A DNA stretch of 28,419 nt from Chiloscyllium plagiosum (GCF_004010195.1 NC_057755.1:12756142-12784560); one strand, 5' to 3'; positions 11,342-23,450 are shown, counted from the first letter of the stretch. Numbers and translations: made by a program. Notes: generated from the sequence alone by a model not told the origin.

Positions 11342-11715
11342 ATCCCTGAATGTTAAGTCGCCATTTTGATCACCTTGTAACCATACCTCTGTAATGGCTG
11401 TGAGATCATATTCATCTACTTCAATTTGTGCTGTGAGTTTGTCTACCCTATTCTGAAAGCTTTATGCGTAAAGATATGAAGCCTTCAACTTTGTTCTATT
11501 ATCACATTTCTCTACACTCTAATGGTTCTTTGGTGCAATTTGACATTCAAGCATTCTGTCCCTTCCTTCTATTTTTTGGGTACAATCAGCACCATCACTA
11601 ATGCACTCTATGAATTTGTTGCCATAGCTACCTTTCTAATTTGATTAACCCAATCAACATGAAGATTAAAGTTACCCATAATTATTGCACTGTTCTTTTT
11701 AAATTCTCCAACTGT
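11342..11715 (-). mobile_element. CR1 endonuclease fragments
   Basis: DEYDLTAITEVWLQGDQ...NIQG, and SAIIMGNFNLHVDW, on the minus strand. Confidence 0.75.
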
Positions 11716-11851
11716 TCATAGAGATAGAGTCATAGAGATGTACATCATGGAAACAGACCCTTTAGTCCAACTCGTCCACGCTGATCAGCTATCCCAACCT
11801 AGTCTCGTCCCACCTGCCAGCACCTGGACCATATCCCTCCAAACCTTTCCT
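11716..11851 (-). mobile_element. CR1 3' UTR tail
   Basis: Reverse complement of the tail at ~9810-9938. Confidence 0.8.
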
Positions 11852-11879
11852 GCAATCCCAACTTGTCCTTTACCTTTGA

Positions 11880-12760
11880 GTTTTAATTTTCCATGCATCT
11901 GAACACCCCACAATTCCTCCAACTCTTTAAAGCCCTATCCACAGTCCCGGTTATGCAATTTGCCCGGACTCTGGTCCCAGCTTGAATCAGGTGGAACCCA
12001 TCCCATTGGAATAACTCCCTCTTTTCCTTGTACACCATGAATTAAAACCTGTTTCTTCCACACCAATCTTTGAGTCAATCCTCTTTAATCTTGTTGACCC
12101 TGTGCCAACTAGTTCAAGTAGATGCCTCCTTTTTGGTTCTGCTCTCAATTTAATCCCAAGCTGCTCATATTCCCTCAGCAGAACCTCATTCCTCTTTCTA
12201 CCTACATCACTGGTACCTACATGAACCATGATAATTGGTTCTGTCCCCTCCCTCTCCAAGTTCCTCTGCAGCCCAGGTGAGATATCCTGAAGCTGGGCAC
12301 TAGGCAGGCAATGCAGCCTTTGGGACTCTCAATGCTGGCCACAGAGAATTGTGTCTATTCCCCTGCTATACTATACCAATTAGAACTACATTTCTCTTTT
12401 CAACCCTTCTCTTGAATGGCATACCACAGTGCTATGGTCAGTTTGCTCATCCTCCCTACAACTCCCACTCTTGTCCACATAGGGAGCAAGAATCTCAAAT
12501 CTGTTAGACAAGCTCAAGGGCTGAGGCTCCTTCAGCATTACCTTCTGGACCTGCTAACTGTCTCACTAATAGTCACTCCTGTCCCTGACTACTAACTTAA
12601 TTTGAGGTAGTTAATCTAAGGAGGGATGTGACTGCCTCCTGAAACACAGAATCCAGGTAACATTCCCCCTCCCTGATGTGTTGCAGTGTTCGAAGCTCAG
12701 ATTCCAACTCATCAACTCTGAGCGAGAATTCTTGAAGCATCCAGCACTTACTATAGGTAA
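11880..12760 (-). mobile_element. CR1 ORF1 (Zn-finger/leucine zipper and esterase), decayed
   Basis: SKCWMLQEFSLRVDELESELRTL and EPIIMVHVGTSDVGR remnants. Confidence 0.8.
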
Positions 12761-12774
12761 GGTCCACCAGCTCC

Positions 12775-14225
12775 TGTATCATGCAGAACAATATAACGCC
12801 AGGCCCTGTATCTCTATTTTCCAGCACTTGGCCCATAGCCTTGTATTCTTTGGCATTGCGAGTGCACATCTAAATACTCCTGAAACGTTATAAGGGTTTC
12901 AGCCTTTTCCATCCTTACAGATTCCCACCACCCTCTAGCTGAAAAAGCCTTTCCTCACATCTCCTCTAAACCTTCTACCCCTTACCTTAAATCTGTTCCT
13001 GGTCATTGATCCCTCCTTGAAGGGGTAAAATTTCTTTGTGTCTCCCCTATCTATGCCCCTCATAAGTGTATACATCTCAATCAGGTCCCCTCTCAATCTC
13101 CTCTGCTCCAAGGAAAGCAAACCCAGTCTATCCAATCTCTCTTCATAACTGCAAGTCTTCAACCCAAACAACACCCTAGTAAAATTACAGCTTTACAAAA
13201 CATTAGTTAGGCCACAGATAGAACACTGTGTGCATTTCTAGTCACCACACATTTGGAAGTTCATGACTGCACAGGAGAGGGCTCAGAGGAGATTCACCAG
13301 GATGTTGCCTGGGGTGGAAAGTCTCAGTTATGAAGAGAGACTCGATAGTGGCTTGGTTTATTTTCCATGGAGCAGAGGAGGCTGGGGGGATCTGACTGGG
13401 TATATTACGGGTGGCATAGATAGGGTAGATCGTGAGAATTTCTTCCCTATGGTAGATGTGTCTAAGATCAGAGGACATAAGTTTAAAGTGAGAAATAAGT
13501 GGTTCAGCGGAGATCTAAGAGTTTTTTTCACACAAAGGGTGATAGAGATATGGAACACACAGCCTGAGAGTGTGGTGGAGGCAGGTACACTCGCAACATC
13601 TAAGAAGCACCTTGTCAAGTACTTAAAATGCCAGGACATAGTAGGATATAAATAAAGTGCAGGTAAATGAGATGAGTGTAGTTTGGTGTTTGTTGGTCGG
13701 CTTAGATATGGTGGGCCAAAGAGCCTCTTTCTATCCTGTATGGCTCTCTCTATAACTCTAAATCTCCTCTGCACCCTCTCCAGTGCTATCACATCCCTCC
13801 AGAACTGCAGACAATACTCAAGCTGTGGCCTAAGCAATATTTTCTACAGTTCCAGCTTCACCTGCCTGCTCTCAAATTCTATGCTTTGACTGATAAAAGG
13901 CCGGTATACCATATGCCTTATTAACCACTTTATTCAACTGTTCTGATATCTTAAGGGAACAGGCACGCATACCAAGGTCCCTTTGATCCTCAGTGCTCCC
14001 CAGGATCCTGCTGTTCATCCTGTATTCCTTCGCCATGCTTGTCCTACCCACTTACATTTAACCGTCCTACATCCAAGTCTAAATCATTTATATTAACCAC
14101 AAACAACAACGGCTCCCTATCAATTACTGGATGCAGACTTCGAGTTGGAAAAACACCTCTCATCCACAATCATAGTCTGCTTCCTGCTAATTTGTCAATT
14201 CTGGATCCAATTTGCCAATTCTCCC
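12775..14225 (-). mobile_element. CR1 3' part, interrupted by an opposite-strand CR1 at ~13180-13757
   Basis: SYEERLDRLGLLSLEQRRLRGDL (12935-13174(-)) continues in RPQLEYC..ALERVQRRF (13758-13837(-)). Confidence 0.8.
13180..13757 (+). mobile_element. CR1 3' end
   Basis: ORF 13263-13655 [21 protein letters not shown]. Confidence 0.85.
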
Positions 14226-14418
14226 CACCCTGTCCACTCTTCCCACTTCACCGTGTTCACTCTCCCCCATTCTGTCCACACTCTGTCCCCACCTTGTCCA
14301 TCTCTTCCCCTCATCCTGTCCACTCTCTCCCTACCCACTCTCTCCACACTCACACTCTCTCCCTGTCCTGTCCAATGTCCTTTGTCCTGTTCTGTCCACT
14401 CTCCTTCCCCTCGCCCTG
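14222..14418 (+). repeat. Pyrimidine-rich degenerate (cc)ctgtccac repeat
   Basis: Recurrent ctgtccac/ctgtcc units in a C/T-rich tract. Confidence 0.7.
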
Positions 14419-14419
14419 A

Positions 14420-14530
14420 CCATGCTTCAAGTGGGCAGCTCACCACCACTTTCTCCAGAATAATTAGAGATGAGCAATAAATGCTGGCCTAGCAAGGGAT
14501 GTGCATATCCCATCAATGAATTAAAAATTA
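14420..14530 (+). mobile_element. L2/CR1-clade LINE or SacSINE-type 3' tail
   Basis: ttcaag..ggcagctcaccaccactttctc...gcaataaatgctggcc..cccatcaatgaattaaaaa. Confidence 0.7.
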
Positions 14531-14696
14531 AACAATTCAAGGAATAAGGATTTAAACTCAGTAACAACCATGGCAGTCTATTTAACTGAATGAATTAATC
14601 CCATTGGTTTTAGGTGATGGCAAGCATTCATCAGGTACATGCCCTCCTCTCTAAATCAAACTGATGACAGATCTTTTTTTTTGTTTTGCTACAAAC

Positions 14697-14847
14697 CTTT
14701 CGTTTTGCATTCAAATGCTCACTATATCTTTCTGTTGAGTCTCCGGGTATTTCGCTGGCCCACAGTGTTTTTCCCACCTTTGTATAGGCGACTCCCATCA
14801 CAATCAATGGTAAGAGGTACGTCAGTATAATCACCACAAGTTGATAT
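14697..14847 (-). CDS. TACR2: Tachykinin (neurokinin) receptor, internal coding exon 3 (TM5 and third intracellular loop); TACR2/substance-K receptor favoured, TACR1/TACR3 not excluded
   Basis: Minus-strand translation YQLVVIILTYLLPLIVMGVAYTKVGKTLWASEIPGDSTERYSEHLNAKRK matches the tachykinin receptor pattern Y..PL..M..AY..VG.TLW..EIPGD....AKRK. Acceptor ttgtgtcttccag|A TAT and donor AAG|GTTTGT; 151 nt = 1 nt + 50 codons, the usual exon-3 phasing. Family confidence is high; paralog confidence is about 0.65. Confidence 0.92.
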
Positions 14848-15208
14848 CTGGAAGACACAACGATCGATAATGCAATTTGTACATATTCAAAAAATATTCA
14901 AAGAAATTCCATAAAAGGAACGGTTTTGTTTATTCTACATGAAAACATAATACTAGAGGAATGTGAACTCTGTAAAATCCAAAATATAAAGCTAGTCTCA
15001 GTAACAGTTGTTAAACACCAGAGGTTAAAGGACTGAGTTTGGGCATACATTTTTCCATCTATAGGCCAGTGAGTTTAACATCTGGCTTTGGGGAATCGTT
15101 TGTCTATTATAAAGAATGCAATCACAATATATTTAGAAATACATAATATGATCAAGCAGAGTTGAAAAGACTTTGTGAAGGGGAAATTGTCTGATCAATT
15201 TACTAGAA

Positions 15209-18200
15209 TGAAACAAAGAACTGCAGGTGCTGGAGATCTCGAACTAAACAGAAATTACTCGGAAACTCAGTAGGTCTGGCAGCATCTGTGGAAAGAAACT
15301 AGTTTGAGTTTTGAGTCTGTTGACTCTATCAGGACTGTTAGATACTCTGGAACCTCCCTCCCCTAGCTTTTACTCTGACTCCATCCCTTCTCCTGACCCC
15401 AAATCTTGTTAGATATTTACTATCCCTGCAGCTCTCTGATGCTGAATGTTTTGTACTCAGCAAAGGGCTCAGTTTTATCCCTCTGTGCCCCCACCTCAAT
15501 GAATTTCAGGCTGGACATGACATTGAACACTTCTTCCATCATCAACTCCCCCCCCCCCACCATGCCCATTTCTGTGGACAGGGGACCTCCCCCTGCCATC
15601 CCACAGACACTTTCACTTGCCTTCAATGCTCTCCTTTGACGGTACTGTGCCTTTAAGAGAGATTTGTTCTGTGCTGTTTCTCTTGCAGAGAGGTGTTGCC
15701 ACAGTGGTACTGAATATCTGCTTCAAAAGCAATGGGTAAACAGCTTTGAGCTCCCTGAGTGCTTTTTTAGATTAAACAATAGAAGCATGAGTGGATGGAG
15801 GTAAAAGTCAGGCTCACACAGACCTAGGGTTTTAACTGTGCTTTCAGTTGGGATTTGTTGAAGCTAATAAATAGAGCTCTCTTTCTACTGCAGCTAAAAG
15901 CTTGAGTTCACCTCTGCTGCTAGATTGTTTCTTTTGGTGTTTCTTTCTCCCAGACTGTAGACGTGATAGCACATGAGGAAAAATTGTTTTCTAGATTTGC
16001 CTCTGCCAAGAGTGTGTTTAGGGGATGTTGCTTATTGGGACAGTTGATGATTAGTCATTAAATAATGTATTATTAAGTATTTTAACAGAGTCAAAGTTTT
16101 TATTCATTTGTATTTTAATTGTGATATAACAGTATTGTGTGTTTTTCTTAAAGCCTACTAGTGGACCAGTCGAATCAGATCTGGAACACAGCATCCTACA
16201 CTTGCTTTTAATTAGAAGTTAGGATCTAAGCAATCTCCTTGATATTTTGAGGGAGTGTCGTCTGGTCCATAACAGTCCATCCACTGGGATATCCCCCCTC
16301 CCTGACCTTTTTACCCACACTCAACTTACTCATTGAGAACTGTCGACGTGACATCAGTCACTTTAATTTTTCTGTCCCCTTCACCCATTCAAAACTCTCT
16401 CTCTCTGAACTGACTGCACTCCATGTTCTTCGGTCCAATCCTGACTTTGTCATCAAACCTGCCAACAAGGGTGGTGCAGTTGTTGTCTGGCATATTGGCC
16501 ACTACGTTGTGGAAGCTGAGCTCCAGTTCTCAAATACTTGCTGCTACCACCCCACCATGACCCCACCATGGTATACCAGGCTTTTGTGTCCATGACTGTC
16601 ATCACCCTCACCTCATCTGGGATCCCCCCATGACAGCCTCCTAGCTCATAGTCCCCCAAACCCATACAACCCACTCTACTTTCTCCCTAAAATCCAGAAA
16701 CAGAACTACCTGGGTAGAGCTGCTGTTTCTGCCTGCTCTTGCCCCTCTTCTTACTTTGACTTGATCTTTTTTCCTCCCCTTGTCCTGTCCTTCCCCACTT
16801 ACATTCACAATTCTCCTGATGCTTTATGTCAGTTTCAGAATTTTCAGTTTGTGGGCTCCAGCCTCCTCCTCTTTGCCATGGATGTGCAGTACCTTTGCAC
16901 CCAGGTTGGTCTCCAGGCTCTCTGCTTTGTCCTGGAAAAAGCTTGAATTATCCCCATCCACCACCAGCCTCCTCTGCCTGGCTAAGTTGTCATCACTTTG
17001 AACAAATTCTCCTTTAACTACTCCCACTTTTTTCAGGTGAAACGGTCATCCTGGATACTTGCATGGGCCCCAGTTATGCATACCTCTTTTAGGGGTATGT
17101 GCAACATTCCTTGTTCTAGTCCTATTCCAGCTCCTGTCCATGATTCTTTCTTCGATACATTGATGACACCATCGGTGCTGCATCCCTCTCTTGTTGGACT
17201 GGAAATATTTCACAATTTTGCTTCCAAATTCCACCTTGCCCTCACCTTCAACTGGTCCATCTCCAACTCCTCCTTTCCCTTTCTCAACATCTGTGTTTCC
17301 ATTTCTGGGCTGACCACCAATATCCATTATAAGTCCATCAATTCCCAAAACTACCTTGACTATACATCCTCTCATCCTACTTCCTGTAAGGTCTCCATCC
17401 CATTCTCTAGTTCCTCCATCTCCAATGCATCTGTTCCGATGATGTCAGTTTCAACAAGGCGGCCTCCGAAATGTCCACCTCCATTCTCAACCAAGGATTT
17501 ACCACCATCGTGTTTGACAGGGCCCCCAGCTGTGTCTCATCCATCTCCCGAACTTTGGCCCTGACCCCCTCTGTCCCCTCCCACAACAGCAGAAAAGTCT
17601 CCCTGGTCCTCACTTTCTACCCTCCCAGCTTCCACATCCAGAGGATTGTAAGTCATAATTTCCACCACCTCCAGCGAGATCCCACCATCAGACACATATT
17701 CCTTTCCCCTCCCTGGTCAGCCTTCTGCGGGCACTGTTCCCTCTGGGACACTCTGGTCCACTCCTCTCCACGCTCCTACAGTATCTTCCCATGCAATCAC
17801 AGGAGGTGTAACACCTGCCCATTTACTTTCTCTCAACTCACCATCCAGACACACCTTCCAGGTGAAACAGTGATTTACCTGCACAGTCTACTGTATTCAC
17901 TACTCTACACTGGGGGGACAAAGCACAGTTTGGGTGACTGATCTGCAGGACATCTGTCAGTAAAAATGAGCCAGAGCTTCCAGTCACCTGTCATTTCAAC
18001 AGACCACCTGGTTCCCTATCTCAGGCTTGCTGCAATGTTCCAGCGAGCATTAACACAAGCCCAAAGAACAATGTCTCATTTTCAGCTTGAGGATCCTGCA
18101 GCCTCTGGGCTCCAATATCAAGTTCAATCACTTAGAACCTGATTGCACTATTCCATGTTTGTTACTCACCCTCATATCCAGTCCTATTATGACATTGGTT

Positions 18201-18556
18201 GCTTTTAGCACAACCAACCAATTTTCACCCATTCTCAGGCCTGCTATCACATTGTATGGTCTCCTTTCAGCACAGCTCACCCAATCTCTCCTACTCTTAG
18301 CTCTTATTGCCACTTTTCTTCTGTCCTAGCCTGCCCTCCATAGTTTCCTTGTTTTCCTACTTGTTTCATATCTCTCTCTCTCTGGGCTCCATCTCCATCT
18401 ATTCACTCACCTCCCCCTGATCGTCAAACATTGTCTTCAGCATAAATAACTCTTTTTTTCTAGTTGCTATCAATTCTAATGAAGAGTCACCTGGCTCAAA
18501 ACATTAACTCTGCTTTCTTCCCACAGATGCTGCCAAGACCTGCTGAGTTTTGCCAA
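15209..18556 (+). mobile_element. Long Penelope-like element (Neptune type, family 3): RT, Cys linker, GIY-YIG remnant, inverted termini
   Basis: IKPANKGGAVVVW ~16452, FAMDVQYL, RYIDD 17153-17167, NYLDYTSSHP, PCNHRRCNTCP. Inverted pLTR ~15209-15335 and sense pLTR ~18470-18556. TSD caatttactagaa 15196-15208 / caagttattagaa 18557-18569. Confidence 0.88.
15635..16274. mobile_element. Probable solo LTR (Gypsy-like) inserted in the PLE
   Basis: 640-bp compositionally distinct block from t(t)tgac to cataaca, flanked by ctcc/gtcc; C-rich PLE sequence resumes afterwards. Confidence 0.55.
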
Positions 18557-18815
18557 CAAGTTATTAGAAGTCTTTGAGGAGTTAACAAGTAGGATAGATA
18601 AAGGAGAAGCAGTGGATAAAATATATTTGGATTTTCAGAAGGTGTTTGAGAAAGTTCCACATACTAGGCTACTTAATAAAACAAAAACCCATGGTACGGA
18701 GGTCGTATATTAGCATGAAGAGAAGATCAGCTAACTAATACAAGACAGAGAGTTGAAATAAAAGGGAGAAATTCAGGATCGCGACCTCAAAGTAGTTGAA
18801 TGCCATTGAGATCAG

Positions 18816-20400
18816 TCATAGAGTCAAGGAGATGTAGAGCACGGAAACAGACACATTGGTCGAACTCGTCCATGCTGACCAGATATCCCAACTCAACCTA
18901 GTCCCAGCTGCCAGTACCTGACCCATATCCCTCCAAACCCTTCCTATTCATATAGCCATCCAGATGCCTTTTAAATGTTGCACAGTCTAGATTAGAGTGG
19001 TGCTGTAAAAGGACAGCAGATCAGGCAGCATCCGAAGAGAAGGAAAATCGACGTTTTGGGCAAAAGCCCTTTATCAGGAATGAGACAGGGAGCCTCCGGG
19101 TTGGAGAAATAAATGGGAGGGGGATGGGGCTGGGGAGAAGGTAGCCAAGAGTACAAAAGGTGGATGGAGGTGAGGATGAAGGTGATAGGTCGGAGAGGAG
19201 GGTGGACCAGATAGGTGGGAAGGAAGATTGGCAGGTAGGACAGGTCATGAGGATGGTGCTGAACTGGCAGATTGGAACTGGAGTAAGGTGGGGGGAAATG
19301 AGGAAACTGGTAAAGTCCGAGGCGGAAGATGAAGGGGTTCTTACTCCACGCGTCGGGTGGTGAGGAAGCGGGGGTGGAGGTGGCCAAGGACCTGCATGTC
19401 CTCGGCAGAATGGGAGGGAGAGTTGAAATGTTCGGCGACAGGGGTGGGGGGGTGGTTGATTGGTGCGGGTGTCCCGGAGATGTTCCCTAAAGTACTCTGC
19501 AAGCAGGCGTCCAGTCTCCCCAATGTAAAGGAGACCGCATCGAGAGCAACGGATACAATAAGTGACATCGGTGGATGTGCAGGTGAAACTTTGATGGATG
19601 TAGAAGGCTCCTTTGGGGCCTTGGATGGAGGTGACGGGGGCAAGTGTGGGCACAGATTTTGCAATTCCTGCGGTGGCAGGGGAAGGTGAAGGGCTTTTGC
19701 CCGAAACATTGATTTTCCTGCTCCTCAGATGCTGCTTGACCTGCCGTGCTTTTCCAGCACCACTCTCATCTGGACTCTCATCTCCAGCATCTGCAGTCCT
19801 CACTTTTGCCTTTTAAATGTTGCAATTGTACCAGCCTCCACCACTTTCTCTGGCAGCTTATTTCACACACGCACCACCCTCTGTGTGAAAACGTTGCCCC
19901 TTAAGTCTCTTTTATACTTTTCCCCTCTCACCCTGAACCTATACCTTCTAGTTCTGGACTCGCCCACCCCAAAGAAAAGACCTTCTCTATTTACCCTGTC
20001 CATGTCCCTCATGATTTTGTAAACCTCTATAAGGTCACCCCTCAGCCTCCGACGCTCCAAGGGAAACAGCCACAGCCTATTCAACTTCTTCCTATAACTC
20101 TCAAATCCTCCAATCCTGGCAAAATCCTTGTAAATCTTTTCTGAACCCTTTCAAGTTTCACAACATCAAGATAGGCAGGAGGGCAGAATTGCACGTAATA
20201 TTCCAACAGTGGCCTAACCAAGGTCCTGTACAGCCGCAACATGACCTCCCAACTCCTGTACTCTATACTCTGACCAATAAAGGCAAGCATACCAAACGCC
20301 TTCTTCACTATCCTACCACCTGCGACTCTACTTTCAAGGAACTATGAACCTGCATGCCAAGGTCTCTTTGTTTAGCAACTCTCCCTTAGGACCTTACCAT
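18816..20400 (-). mobile_element. CR1 3' part with nested PLE
   Basis: Tail atagagtca... at ~18817; ORFs 19863-20084(-) and 20081-20308(-) encode the CR1 ORF2 C-terminus. Confidence 0.85.
18987..19810 (-). mobile_element. PLE family 1 (Neptune type), truncated, with inverted terminus
   Basis: FTCTSTDVTYCIRCSRCGLLYIGETGRLLAEYFREHL (ORF 19021-19803(-)); tgccttttaaatgttgca duplicated at 18965-18982 and 19807-19824. Confidence 0.9.
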
Positions 20401-21006
20401 TACTACAACCTTTTACAATATATATTAATGACTTGGATGAGGGAAGTGAGTGCACTATCACCAAGTTTGATGATGACACAAAAAAAGGTGGGAATTCAAG
20501 TGGTGAAGATGGCACAAAGGGTGTCACAGGTGAGTATAGACAGGTTAAGCAAGTGCTAAGATCTTGGCAGATGTAATATACTGTATGGAAATGTGGGATT
20601 ATAGACTTTGGCAGGAAGAATAGAGGAGCTGAATATTATGTAAATAGGGAAACACTGCAGGAACTATGGGAGAACTCATGCATCAATCAAAAAAATAAGA
20701 AAGGCCAATGGAATATTGCCTTTTATTTCAAAGGCAATGAAATTTAAAGTAGATAAGTTTTGCTAACCCTATAAAGACACCAGTCTCACCACAAATAGAA
20801 TACTGTAAATAGTTTTGGGCCCCATATTGAAGAAAAGCTATTCTAACATTGGAGACAATCCAGAGAATGTTCACTTGGTTGATATTGGGTATGAGGGACA
20901 GTCTAATGAGGGGAGTTTGAGTCCAGTATTTGCTGGAATATAGAAGAATGAGAGTTGACCTTACAAGATGATTTGATAGGGTAGATGCAGATAGGTTGTT
21001 TCCTTA

Positions 21007-22001
21007 GAACATAGAAAATACAACCTAGAAAAGTACAGCACAGAACAGGCCCTTTGGCCTATGATGTTGTGCCGAGGATTAATCCTAATCTAAAATAAAA
21101 TAACCTTACCTATGTATCCCTCAATTCACTGCTGCCCATGTGCTTGCCCAGCAGGTGCTTAAATGTCCCTAATGACTCTGCTTCCATCACCACCGCTGGC
21201 AATGCATTCCATGCATTCACAACTCAGCCTAAAGAACCTACCTCTGATGTCTCCTCAATACCTTCCTCCTAATATCTTAAAACTATGATCCCTCATCCCA
21301 GTCAATCCTGCCCTGGGGAAAAGTCTCTGGCTATTGACTCTATCCATGCCTCTTGTATACCTCGATCAGGTCACCTCTCTTCCTCATTCTCTCCAGAGAG
21401 AAAAGTCCAAGCTTAGTCAACCTCTCTTCATAAGACAAGTCCTCCAGTCCAGGCAGCATCCTGGTAAACCTTCTTTGCACCCTCTTCAAAGCCTCCGTAT
21501 CTTTCCTATAATAGGGCGACAAGAACTGGACACAATATTCCAAGTGTGGTCTCACTAGGGACTTGTAGAGCTATAGAAAAACCTTGCAGCTCTTAAACTT
21601 GAACCCCCTGTTAATGAAAGCCGAAACACCATATGCTGTCTTAATAACCCTATCCACTTGGGTGGCAACTTTGAGGGATATATGTACCTGAACACCAAGA
21701 TCCCTCTGTTCCTCCACACTGCCAAGAATCCTGTTTTAATCCTATATTCAGTATTCAAGTTCGACCTTCCAAAATGCATCACTTCACATTTATCCAGGTT
21801 GAACTCCATCTGTCATTTCTCAACCCAGCTCTGCAACCTGTCTATGTCACGCTGCAGCCTGCAATAGCCCTCAATACTATCAACGGCACCTCCAACCTTT
21901 GTGTCATCTGTAAATTTACTAACCCACCCCTCAACCTCCTCATCCAAGTCATTTAAAAAAACTACAAAGAGCAGAGGCCAAAGACACCTGCAGGACACCG
22001 C
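21007..22001 (-). mobile_element. CR1 RT/3' end
   Basis: WVSKFTDDTKVGG and [10 protein letters not shown] remnants; tcctta on both flanks (21001-21006 and 22002-22007). Confidence 0.88.
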
Positions 22002-22243
22002 TCCTTATGGAAGAGTCTGATACCAGAGGGAATAATTTCAGAATAAGGAGTTACACATTTTGAACAGAAATGAGGAGAAATTTCTTTTCTCAGAGCATAA
22101 TAAATCTGTGGAGGTCTTTCACACAGAGGGGGCCATTAAATATATTCAAGTCCAAGACAGAAAGATTTTTAATCTGTAAGGGAATCAAGGGTAATGGGGA
22201 AAAGGCAGGAAAGTGGAGTTGAAGTTTGTTAGATCAGTTGTGA

Positions 22244-23175
22244 TAGAACATAGAACATGAAACAGAGAACTATACAGCATAGGAACAGGCCCTTCGGCCC
22301 ATGATGTTGTGCTGAACATGACGCCAAATGAAACTAATCTCTTCTGCATGCTTTTGATCCATATCCCTCCATTCCTTCAATATTCATGTGCTTATCTAAA
22401 AGTCCCTTAAATGTCCTTACCATATCTGCCTCCACCACAACTGCTGGCAGTGCATTCCAGATTCCAACCACTTTCTGTGTAAAAAGACTTGCCCCTCACA
22501 TCTCCTTTAAACTTTCCCTCTCTCACTTTAAATGCATGCCCCCTAGTATTAGACATTTCACCTCTGGGAAAAGGATTCTGACTGCCAACCCTATCTCTGT
22601 ATCTCATAATTTTATAGATTTTTTATCAAGTCTCCCCTCAGCCTCTGCCGCTCAAGAGAAAATAACCTAAGTTTTTTTAGCCTCTCCTTATAGCTCATAC
22701 CCTGTAATCCAGGCAGCACTCTGATAAACCTGTTCTGCACCCTCTCCAAAGCCTTCGCATCCTTCCTGTAATGTGATGACCAGAATTGAATGCAATATTC
22801 TCAGTGTGGCCTAACCAAAGTCTTATAAAGCTGCAGCAACATGGCATCCTGACTCTTGTACTCAATTGCCCGACCAATTAAGGCAAGCATGCCGTACACC
22901 TTCTTTACAATTATCTCTACTTGAGTGGCCACTTTCAGGAAGCTATGGACTTGAACCCCAAGACCCTTCTGTACATCAATGCTATTCAGAGTCCTGCCAC
23001 TAACTATATACTTTTTCTTAACATTTGATCTCTCAAAGTGCAGCACCTCAGACTTACCCAGATTAAACTCCATTTGCCATTTCACCGCTCGCATCTGCAA
23101 CTGATCTACATCCTGCTGTATCCTTTGATAACTTTCTACATTATTCACAACTCCACCTTGCAAACTTACTAACTC
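22244..23175 (-). mobile_element. CR1 RT/3' end
   Basis: (atagaac)n tail at 22243-22270; ORF 22801-23163(-) KWQMEFN..YKTLVRPH. Confidence 0.88.
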
Positions 23176-23339
23176 ACCCTGAATCTCCCTAAATAGCAGA
23201 GCAGACTATATGAATTCCTGCTGATCCTACGTCTTATGGTTTTATATTAAAGTTTTATTCCGATTCACACTGGACAAAACTTTCACACACTGATTATTTG
23301 TTCCCCATATGGACATGTATGTTTATATATGTCCATATG

Positions 23340-23450
23340 AGCCCTTCACCTCATTCCTGATGAAGAGCTCCTGCCCGAAATGTCAATTTTCCTGCTCCTC
23401 AGATGCTGCCTGACCTGCTGTGCTTTTCCAGCACCCACTCTAATCTTGAC
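23340..23450 (+). mobile_element. PLE family-1 terminal mini-insertion with hammerhead core
   Basis: CTGATGA 23357-23363, stem II, GAAA 23377-23380, then family-1 pLTR sequence. Confidence 0.85.

Larger units (their letters stand above)
14990..23245 (+). mobile_element. Old CR1 RT/3' end split into five pieces (~14990-15208, 18557-18815, 20400-21006, 22002-22243, 23175-23245) by nested insertions
   Basis: Collinear remnants: CLINLLE | LLEVFEELTSRIDKGEAVDKIYLDFQK | FTIYINDLDEG..TKFDDDTK | ORF2 C-terminus | 3' tail. Confidence 0.7.

Noticed and set aside
14039..14480. Pro/Ser/His-rich ORFs
   Set aside because: Produced by low-complexity pyrimidine repeats.
1..14690. Tachykinin receptor exons 4-5
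   Set aside because: No FAICWLP or YNPIIY coding found by eye; they probably lie beyond the window.
16998..17941. Active or domesticated PLE reverse transcriptase
   Set aside because: Catalytic motifs are spread across different frames with many stops.
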